A stretch of DNA of 64,000 nt from assembly GCA_900317905.1 (NCBI GenBank), contig ONIN01000009.1, positions 97,133 through 161,132 of the forward strand, written 5' to 3'. Positions 28,100 through 34,663 of the stretch are shown here, one piece after another. Below the pieces are notes generated by a model. The model did not search any database. It was given only the letters and a program-made list of their open reading frames with translations, and had not been told where the DNA came from. Within the stretch, counting starts at the first letter, position 1, and each line of letters starts with the position of its first letter. The stretch comes from an uncultured Eubacteriales bacterium (GTDB lineage Bacteria > Bacillota > Clostridia > Oscillospirales > Oscillospiraceae). Made by a program: the position numbers and the translations under genes.

Positions 28100-28132
28100 A
28101 TTATAGCATACGGCATCCAACTTGTCAAGTTG
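28100..28132 (-). promoter_or_regulatory. perfect consensus promoter TTGACA-17-TATAAT with overlapping palindromic operator
   Basis: Minus strand: -35 at 28123-28128, -10 at 28100-28105. The palindrome CAACTTG-T-CAAGTTG (28118-28132) covers the -35 box. Confidence 0.75.
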
Positions 28133-28500
28133 TTTTTTCAGTCCTTTTTAAGAAAAATTTATGGTGCGTTTATAGAAATATGCCCTTTGTTCAGTTAGTA
28201 GTTCTCGTACGTATCACAGCAGATGACACCGCCGAGCTCAGGATATTTCCTCCTTTGGAGTCATTTCGGTATTCCCCCTCTAAACAACCTCAGAAACACC
28301 AGCACAGCGAAATCTGAGAATATCATTGAAATTTAAGGAATTTTTGATCGACAGGTTGCCAAAAGATAGCTTGTTATTTCTATCAGAATTGTCGCTCAAG
28401 TAGCTGGAAATCATCACAAAGCTCTTTGGTTCCACGAAATATCACTAAAATCTATGGCTTCACAAAACATCCTCAGATTAAGAGAACTGCAGTAACGCTC

Positions 28501-28529
28501 TTGACATTCGGAATTAATTCTGCTATTAT
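28501..28529 (+). promoter_or_regulatory. near-consensus promoter TTGACA-17-TATTAT
   Basis: TTGACA at 28501-28506, TATTAT at 28524-28529. The spacer contains the 10-bp palindrome GAATTAATTC (28511-28520). No credible ORF follows. Confidence 0.7.
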
Positions 28530-28639
28530 TTCATAGTGTATTTACAGTCCTCTTTTCGGCGCTGCAATCCATGTCGAATCTTTTCGCTGGCAAGTCTGCT
28601 GACCATGTGATCGGCATCTGAAAATTCTAAAAGCCGTAT

Positions 28640-28708
28640 GACCCCCGCACAGGCCGCGCAAGTGGCATATAGAGGGAGACCCCCGCAACCCGGCAGCCCG
28701 GCATATAG
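28640..28708 (+). repeat. two tandem sub-repeats GACCCCCGCA-(small hairpin)-GGCATATAG
   Basis: Copy A is 28640-28672 (internal CCGC-GCAA-GTGG hairpin). Copy B is 28678-28708 (internal CCGG-CAGC-CCGG). Confidence 0.8.
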
Positions 28709-28780
28709 TACGAAAGGATGAAACAGAGAACATTAGTTATTTCTCCATATTAAAAACCATATCAATTGCTAAGTGAATGC

Positions 28781-29093
28781 TGTAACAGCCGTACTTATGG
28801 AACCTTGTCTGTGAGGTGTCCGTCGCTGTGCGACTCACATCCAAGGTTGGTTGCAGACTATACTAGTAATGAGGGGGAACGGAAATCATCCTTGATGAAA
28901 AGACATTGTAACTGTATAACGATACTTATGGCAGACTTGTCTGCGAGGCATCGCATCCAAGTCTGGTTGCCTGCTGTGCTTCGTTGGCAATAATCTTGAT
29001 ACACACAATTTGTAAAGGTCCTCATCGTACTTATTGCACCTCGTCTGCGAAGTGTCCGTCACTTCGTGACTCGCATCCGAGGAAGATTGTAAA
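28781..29093 (+). repeat. three tandem ~80-125-nt structured units, each opening with TGTAA(C/A)
   Basis: Units start at 28781, 28907 and 29011, with a closing TGTAAA at 29088. Shared blocks are TACTTAT(G/T)G, TCTG(T/C)GA(G/A)G and TC(A/G)CATCC. The outer helices differ in sequence but stay complementary. Confidence 0.85.
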
Positions 29094-29181
29094 CGATTTA
29101 TTAATAATTGAAAATAGCCTTGCATTTTTGAATCTGTACTTTTAAAATGAAATCAAACAACATATCGTATCCCTGTACGTA

Positions 29182-29218
29182 ATCGCATACATAGTTGAAT
29201 TACGGCAAGCTTAATTGA
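29182..29218. repeat. right copy of the ~36-bp imperfect inverted repeat
   Basis: ATCGCATACATAGT-TGAATTAC-GGCAAGCTTAATTGA. Similarity to the left copy stops at 29219, where the sequence becomes GC-rich. Confidence 0.85.
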
Positions 29219-29819
29219 GTGCAGTGATAGATCTTATCTCAGGAGTGAAAAGGGCCTCATGGCCATTGCCCTCTATTTGGCCTGCTCCGCTGTCTGCGGC
29301 GGCATCTCCACGGTGATCGTGCTGCCCTGGTTCAAAGCCACCTACGACAACGGCGAATACATGTACATGCTGGTCTGGGGCATGGCCCTGGTGGGCAGAG
29401 CCCTGGGCGGGCTGGTGCATTATCGGGTCAAAATTCCCCCGGAGCACCGGTATCAGATCGCCCTCGCGGTGTACATTGTGATCTCGATTCTGGAGGGCGT
29501 CTATCTCTTCACGCCGATCCCCGTGATGATGGTCATGTGCTTCCTCGTGGGCGTCGGCGGCATCACAAGCTATACCATCCGCATCTCCGCCACCCAGAGC
29601 TATGTGCCTGATGAACGAAAGGGACGCTTCAACGGTGCCTTCAATATGCTCTCCACCGCCGGTGCCCTGGTTGGTGAAGTGCTGGCGGGCTCGCTGACAC
29701 TCATTATGTCGGAGCGTGTGGTGCTGCTGGTGGCCATGCTGCTCTGTGCGCTGGCCGCGGTGGTGTTCATCGGCGGAGGAAAAGAGCACGTGTCGTATAT
29801 TTACAACAGGACTCAATAA
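29199..29819 (+). pseudogene. MFS transporter, C-terminal half only (5'-truncated)
   Basis: The frame is open from 29199 and the ORF runs 29259..29819 (186 aa, about 6 TM). It carries an MFS second-half loop motif, PDERKGRFNGAFNM. There is no N-terminal six-helix half and no RBS. Confidence 0.6.
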
Positions 29820-29820
29820 C

Positions 29821-29855
29821 AAAAAACCCCGCTTCCGAGTGAAGCGGGGTTTTTC
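29821..29855. terminator. bidirectional terminator between the MFS fragment and rplT
   Basis: AAAAAACCCCGCTTC-CGAGT-GAAGCGGGGTTTTT. Confidence 0.85.
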
Positions 29856-29872
29856 TTATTCAATCTATTCGA

Positions 29873-30157
29873 TCAAAGGGCAGCCTTGGCCTGCTCGCAG
29901 AGAGCGGTGAAGGCGGCGGGATCGTGGATCGCAGTCTCGGACAGCATCTTGCGGTTCATGTCGATACCGGCGAGCTTCAGACCGTGCATGAAGGTGGAAT
30001 AGTTCATGCCGTTGGCCTTGCAGCCGGCGCTGATGCGGGTGATCCAGAGCTGGCGGAAGTCTCTCTTCTTCTGCTTGCGGCCGACGTAAGCGTAACGGCC
30101 GGACTTCATGACCTGCTCGTTGGCCATCTTGAAGTGGCGGGACTTGGTAACGATCAC
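29873..30157 (-). CDS. rplT: 50S ribosomal protein L20, lacking the N-terminal ~25 residues
   Basis: 94-aa ORF (GTG start) aligning by eye to L20 from about residue 26 onward ([38 protein letters not shown]...). The usual MARVK...LAKGYYG segment is absent. The rpmI stop lies in the same frame only 15 nt upstream. Confidence 0.8.
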   Translation of the reverse strand: MIVTKSRHFKMANEQVMKSGRYAYVGRKQKKRDFRQLWITRISAGCKANGMNYSTFMHGLKLAGIDMNRKMLSETAIHDPAAFTALCEQAKAAL

Positions 30158-30180
30158 AAATAAGCCTGCAGCTTATTTGT
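30156..30180. repeat. perfect 10-bp inverted repeat ACAAATAAGC-CTGCA-GCTTATTTGT at the rpmI/rplT junction
   Basis: One arm contains the rpmI stop codon and the other contains the rplT GTG. The centre holds a CTGCAG site. Confidence 0.9.
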
Positions 30181-30370
30181 AGGGAATCATTTTCTTGATG
30201 GTGGCGTCGTTCGTCTTGTCAGCGTAGGTGGTGCTGCGCAGACGACGGCAGCGCTTGGTGTCCTTCTTGGTGAGGATATGGCTCTTGTAAGCGTGGGCGC
30301 GTTTGACCTTGCCGGTCTTGGTGAGATTGAATCTCTTCTTCGCACCGGAATGCGATTTCAGCTTGGGCAT
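30173..30370 (-). CDS. rpmI: 50S ribosomal protein L35
   Basis: 65 aa; [14 protein letters not shown] is the L35 signature. Confidence 0.95.
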   Translation of the reverse strand: MPKLKSHSGAKKRFNLTKTGKVKRAHAYKSHILTKKDTKRCRRLRSTTYADKTNDATIKKMIPYK

Positions 30371-30439
30371 GATGAATTTCTCCTTCCGTTGGGTTGATCT
30401 ATCTGGCTCTCAGAGGCGCTCTGCCTCCAAAGAAATAGA

Positions 30440-30967
30440 TTACTGCTTCTTGTTCTGGGGCTTCGGGCTCAGGAACATGGACATGTTGCGGCCCTCCAGC
30501 TTGGGCTGCTTGTCGAGGTTCGCGATCTCGGCGCAGGCCTCGGCGAATTTGTGCAGCAACTGCTCGCCGATGTTGGTGTGGGCCATCTCGCGGCCGCGGA
30601 AGCGGATCGTCACCTTCAGACGGTCGCCGTCGCGCAGGAACTTCTGGCCGTTCTTGAGCTTGGTATTGAAATCGTTCTCGCCGATGCTGGGCGACATACG
30701 GATCTCCTTCACCTCAATGACGTGCTGATTTTTCTTTGCTTCCTTTTCCCGCTTGGACTGCTCAAAGCGATACTTGCCGTAGTCCATGATCTTACACACG
30801 GGCGGATTGGAGCCCGGCGCGATCTTCACGAGATCCAGATCCCGCTCCTCGGCGATGGCAAGCGCCTCGTCGGAGGACATGATGCCAAGCTGCGCGCCGT
30901 CTTCCCCGATGACACGAAGCTCCTTGTCGCGGATCTCGTCATTGATCTGATAGTTTACCGTTGCGAT
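30440..30967 (-). CDS. infC: translation initiation factor IF-3
   Basis: INDEIRDKELRVIGEDGAQLGI... is classic IF-3. The track ORF has a non-homologous N-terminal extension. I place the start at the in-frame ATC (30965-30967), 9 nt after GGAGG, since IF-3 genes typically use atypical AUU/AUC-type starts. The exact start is uncertain. Confidence 0.85.
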   Translation of the reverse strand: MATVNYQINDEIRDKELRVIGEDGAQLGIMSSDEALAIAEERDLDLVKIAPGSNPPVCKIMDYGKYRFEQSKREKEAKKNQHVIEVKEIRMSPSIGENDFNTKLKNGQKFLRDGDRLKVTIRFRGREMAHTNIGEQLLHKFAEACAEIANLDKQPKLEGRNMSMFLSPKPQNKKQ

Positions 30968-31128
30968 ATCAACACACCTCCAGAAATGTGGCATTGAAAA
31001 CAAAAAGCGCGAACGCACAGCGTCCGCACCAACATTCTCCGGAGCATTACTCCGGCCTGAATATTGACCACGGACTGCTTTTGCAGCCGGGTGGAGCGCA
31101 GTACGCCCACTTCATTTTCAACGATGGT
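30968..31128 (-). promoter_or_regulatory. infC leader with terminator/attenuator hairpin (L20-leader-like)
   Basis: About 160-nt leader. On the minus strand, GCGGACGC-TGT-GCGTTCGC is followed by TTTTTGTTTT (30997-31028), just upstream of the infC RBS. Confidence 0.5.
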
Positions 31129-31157
31129 AGTATAACAGGCCGGAGTGTAATTGTCAA
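31129..31157 (-). promoter_or_regulatory. SigA-type promoter TTGACA-17-TATACT for the infC operon
   Basis: Minus strand: -35 at 31152-31157, -10 at 31129-31134. Confidence 0.7.
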
Positions 31158-31166
31158 GAGGTTTTT

Positions 31167-32375
31167 TCAGGTAATTTGAAAAATATAAAACTTAAGATAA
31201 TCCGTCTCGGGGACGTTCCACAGAATCGGGTGATCGGGGCCCTGCTGCCGGGCTTCGATCTGCCTTAAAGACACCTGGGCGTCCTTGGCGGCGTCATGGA
31301 GCATGGCGCGGAATTTTTCGTCCGTCATGAAGTGGGAGCAGGAGCAGGTGGCGAGATAGCCGCCTCTGGGCAGGATGCGCATGGCCTTCAGATTGATCTC
31401 CTTGTATCCCCGGATGGCGGAGGCCACGGTTGCGCTGCTCTTGGTGAAGGCCGGCGGGTCCAGGATCACCAGATCGTAGCGGCCCCGCTTCTCCTCCGAC
31501 AGTTTCGTGAGCAGGTCGAAGACGTCGCTCTTTACGTACTCCACCTTGTCCGAGACGCCGGTGAGCGCCGCGTTCTTCGCGGCCTGTTCCAGGGCGTCGG
31601 CGGAGACATCCACGCTGACCACCTCAGCCGCTCCGGCGAGGGCGCAGTTGAGGCCGAAGGCACCGGTGTGGGTGAAGCAGTCCAGCACCCGCTTCCCTTT
31701 TGCGATCCTCGCCACGGAGGCGCGGTTGAACTTCTGATCCAGGAAGAAGCCGGTCTTCTGGCCATTGAAGTAGTCCACATCATAGTGGACGCCGTTTTCC
31801 ACGATCTCCACGTGACCGTCCAGGTCGGTTCTGAGGCCGGGCAGCGCGGCAAAGCCTTTCCCCTGCTCCATGCCCTCTCGCTCACGGATCTTCACGTCAT
31901 TGCGCTCATAAACTGCGTCAATGGTCTCCCCCAGCTCCCGGAGGTAAGACACCAGATCGGAGAAGATCTCTGCTTTGCGTTGCTCCATGCCGAGGCTCAG
32001 AACCTGGGCAACCAGCACCGGGCCGAAGCGGTCAACCGTCAGCCCCGTGAAGCCGTCGGCCTCCCCGAAGATCAGGCGGCAGTTGTCAAAATCGTCCCCC
32101 ATGACGGTCTTCCGGTAGTCCACGGCGTAGCGGATCCGCCGCTGCCAGAAGGCGGCGTCAATGCTGTCGTTGTGGTTCCGGGTCAGGAGGCGGACGCGGA
32201 TCTTGGACTTGCTGTTATAAAAGCCGCTCCCCAGCCATTTGCCGCTCTGGGTGCAGACGTCGGCAACGGCGCCGTCCTCGGTGGGCTCGAAGCTGAGCAC
32301 CTCCCCCTCGTAGACCCAAGGGTGTCCGCCGCGGATGGCTCTGGCTGCTTTGTCGGTTACAATGATTTGACTCAT
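31167..32375 (-). CDS. rlmI: class I SAM-dependent rRNA (cytosine-C5) methyltransferase, RlmI-like
   Basis: 402 aa. PUA-like N-terminus (GGHPWVYEGEV) and SAM motif VLDCFTHTGAFGL ... ILDPPAF. Confidence 0.85.
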   Translation of the reverse strand: MSQIIVTDKAARAIRGGHPWVYEGEVLSFEPTEDGAVADVCTQSGKWLGSGFYNSKSKIRVRLLTRNHNDSIDAAFWQRRIRYAVDYRKTVMGDDFDNCRLIFGEADGFTGLTVDRFGPVLVAQVLSLGMEQRKAEIFSDLVSYLRELGETIDAVYERNDVKIREREGMEQGKGFAALPGLRTDLDGHVEIVENGVHYDVDYFNGQKTGFFLDQKFNRASVARIAKGKRVLDCFTHTGAFGLNCALAGAAEVVSVDVSADALEQAAKNAALTGVSDKVEYVKSDVFDLLTKLSEEKRGRYDLVILDPPAFTKSSATVASAIRGYKEINLKAMRILPRGGYLATCSCSHFMTDEKFRAMLHDAAKDAQVSLRQIEARQQGPDHPILWNVPETDYLKFYIFQIT

Positions 32376-32501
32376 GAATCTGCTCCTGAAAATAGATTTT
32401 TCCCTATTCTACCCCAGCCGGGTCCTTCCCGCAAGGGCGAAACTTTACAAAAACCCTGTTTTTTGCTATAATATCGAAAATTCAAACAAAGGAGAACCGG
32501 T

Positions 32502-33620
32502 TTGAAACTCAGACATTTCTACATTTTGGTGGCAGGACTCCTGACCGCGGTGATCCTGGGCGTCGGGATCTGGTACCTCTGGCGGCACCAGATGCTGCCG
32601 GATATCCACTTCCTGCCCGGCTCCGGCAGCGCGGAGGAGGTCGTTGAGAAAGCGGACTCCACGCCGACGCCGGAACCCACGCCGGAGCCGACGCCGGGGA
32701 TCTTCACCATCTCCATGGTGGGTGACTGCACCCTCACCTCCGGCCAGTATGACGACCACTTCGAATCCGTCCTTCAGGAGCACGACCTCAGCTGGCCCTT
32801 CTCCGGCACGGTGAATTACCTCGGCAACGACGAGTTCACCCTCGCCAATCTGGAGTGCACCTTCTCTGACACGGCTTTGAGCTCCGGGGTGCTGTTCCAG
32901 TTCCGGGGCCCCGCTGCCAACGCGCAGATCCTCTCCTCCGGCAGTGTGGAGTGCGTCACCATGGGCAACAACCACACCACCGACTTCGGTCAGCAGGGCA
33001 TTCTCGACACCCAGGCGGCGCTGGAGGCCGCGGGCGTCTGGTATGACGGCCCCGGCGAGGCCAGACTCTATGAGACGAAAAACGGCCTCAAGGTCGGCGT
33101 CTACTGCCCCGGCTGGCTGGGACTCAGTGAGGCCAACATCCAAAGCGGCATCGCCCAGCTCAAGGATCTCAGCGCGGATGTGATCATCTTCGCGCCCCAT
33201 TGGGGCATGGAGGGCAGCTATCAGGTGACCGCCATGCAGGAGCAGTTTGCCCACGTCGCCATCGACGCCGGGGCAGACATCGTCTGCGGCACCCACCCCC
33301 ACGTACTTCAGCGGGTGGAGGAGTACAACGGCAAGTACATCTTCTACAGCCTCGGCAACTACAGCTTCGGCGGCAACACCCAGCCCAGAGACCGGGACAC
33401 CGTCATCGCACAGGTGACCATCCAGGAGCAAAAGGACGGCAGCTACGCTCTCGCCGGCTACAACCTGATTCCCTGCTGTCTCAGCAGCACCGAGAACATC
33501 AACGACTACTGCCCCGTCCCCTACAATGCGGAGTCTGAGGATTACTTGAGAGCCATGAGCAAACTGAACGGCACCTTCGAGGGCGCCGATCTCACGGTGG
33601 ATTACTCCTTCTTAAATTAA
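32502..33620 (+). CDS. CapA family metallophosphatase-like protein
   Basis: TTG start after AAAGGAG, N-terminal TM. Blocks VGDCTLTS, ANLECTF, GNNHTTDFG and HWGMEG are typical of CapA/PGA_cap. Confidence 0.85.
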   Translation: MKLRHFYILVAGLLTAVILGVGIWYLWRHQMLPDIHFLPGSGSAEEVVEKADSTPTPEPTPEPTPGIFTISMVGDCTLTSGQYDDHFESVLQEHDLSWPFSGTVNYLGNDEFTLANLECTFSDTALSSGVLFQFRGPAANAQILSSGSVECVTMGNNHTTDFGQQGILDTQAALEAAGVWYDGPGEARLYETKNGLKVGVYCPGWLGLSEANIQSGIAQLKDLSADVIIFAPHWGMEGSYQVTAMQEQFAHVAIDAGADIVCGTHPHVLQRVEEYNGKYIFYSLGNYSFGGNTQPRDRDTVIAQVTIQEQKDGSYALAGYNLIPCCLSSTENINDYCPVPYNAESEDYLRAMSKLNGTFEGADLTVDYSFLN

Positions 33621-33664
33621 CCAAACAGGATGAAACCGCCGCTCCGGTTGGAGCGGCGGTGTTA

Positions 33665-34663
33665 TTATTTGGTTTGCATCATTTGAATCAATGGCTTGAA
33701 ATAGTCATCCGTTGTGCAGAGCATGCTTCCATTGACCATGATCCAGTCCTCGCTGAACTGATAGCCGGTCAGAAATTCCCCCTCCGCGTCGTTGAAGTAA
33801 AGCAGATAGGCCCAGCCGCCGTGGGGCGGGACAGCAATTTCATTTTCAATCGGCATATTGTCCAGCATGGCGACCAGCTTCGCCACGTCCGCGCTTTCCG
33901 TGATGGGATACTCTGCGGGCATACCATTCACCAGATTGGTCGCGTCCCGCAGCAGGAAGGATTTCGTTCCCGCAGGGAGAAAGCTGGCACGCTCCGAGGC
34001 GTCCCGCAGCCGCAGGATCACGGCCGCCGCATCTGCTCTGGTGGCGGTGGACTGGGGATTCATACGATGGGATTCATCCCCCTGCATCACACCTGCCAGG
34101 CGCATGGCCTCCGCGGCCTCCCGCGCCCAAGGGGAGATCTGATTTGCGTCAGAAAACGCCGACGCTGGGGCTTTCGCCTGCTTCAGCTGCACGTGAGGCC
34201 GAAGGTCAATGAACCGCGCCGCCATGGTGGCCATCTGCTCTCTGGTGATGGGCTGACCGAGGCCGAAGCGACCGTTCCCGACGCCGTTGGTAATTCCCGC
34301 GTCGATGGCAAAGGCGAGATAGGGAGAATACCACTGATCGTTTCGAATGTCCGAACAGCCGTAGTACGCTCGAAAATCCACATGCTTCATGATGCTCTGA
34401 TACAGCTCCATGTCGATCCCGGCGGAGCGGATCAGCATGGCGACGAACATCTCCCGGGTAACCATGCCGTTTGGCTCAAAGGTGAACAGGGTCGTGCCGG
34501 TGGTGATCTTCTGCTCATATGCCTCTTTCACATAGGGATAGTACCACTGGTCCTTCTTCACGTCCACGAAGGGCAGCGGGAATTCGAAGGCGAAGCAGCT
34601 GACGGACAGCGCAGCCGCCAGAAGCAGCGCCAGACAAAAAGACAAAATGCGTTTCATTTTCAT
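33665..34663 (-). CDS. S-layer homology (SLH) domain protein
   Basis: Signal peptide, then three SLH-like repeats (FVDVKKDQWYYPYV..., DIRNDQWYSPYL..., FSDANQISPWAREA...). Overlaps the anti-sigma gene by 4 nt. Confidence 0.85.
   Translation of the reverse strand: MKMKRILSFCLALLLAAALSVSCFAFEFPLPFVDVKKDQWYYPYVKEAYEQKITTGTTLFTFEPNGMVTREMFVAMLIRSAGIDMELYQSIMKHVDFRAYYGCSDIRNDQWYSPYLAFAIDAGITNGVGNGRFGLGQPITREQMATMAARFIDLRPHVQLKQAKAPASAFSDANQISPWAREAAEAMRLAGVMQGDESHRMNPQSTATRADAAAVILRLRDASERASFLPAGTKSFLLRDATNLVNGMPAEYPITESADVAKLVAMLDNMPIENEIAVPPHGGWAYLLYFNDAEGEFLTGYQFSEDWIMVNGSMLCTTDDYFKPLIQMMQTK

Larger units (their letters stand above)
28541..29130 (+). ncRNA. candidate structured non-coding RNA (family unknown)
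   Basis: About 0.6 kb downstream of the promoter with no RBS-preceded ORF. It contains tandem stem-loop units with compensatory changes, plus two smaller sub-repeats. The 3' end is undefined. Confidence 0.5.
25257..29240. mobile_element. compact or decayed integrative element (Tn916-type int/xis plus accessory module) downstream of lysS
   Basis: Intact tyrosine integrase and excisionase, a recombinase-like gene and a non-coding array. Base composition is visibly AT-richer than the flanks. The right side abuts a 5'-truncated MFS gene. The right boundary is approximate. Confidence 0.7.

Noticed and set aside
28280-28414. 44-codon minus-strand ORF (MISSYLSDNSDRNNKLSF...) in the gap between the two island promoters
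   Set aside because: Only a weak AAAGAG upstream and no recognisable fold or HTH. It may be a gene remnant, but there is not enough evidence to call it.
28889-28902. Hammerhead-like CTTGATGAAAAG between units 1 and 2
   Set aside because: The core reads UUGAUGA rather than CUGAUGA. I could not assemble the three flanking helices or the GAAA strand in a consistent geometry.
28781-29093. Possibility that the three repeats are a CRISPR array
   Set aside because: The units are 77-126 nt, not identical and internally structured. There is no repeat-spacer alternation and there are no cas genes in the window.
28542-29125. Track ORFs 28542..28733(-), 28766..28993(+, TTG start) and 28886..29125(-) inside the non-coding array
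   Set aside because: None has an RBS. They read the repeat units in different frames, so the repeats are not conserved at the peptide level. Composition is Cys/Arg-rich and atypical. RNA-level conservation explains the region better.
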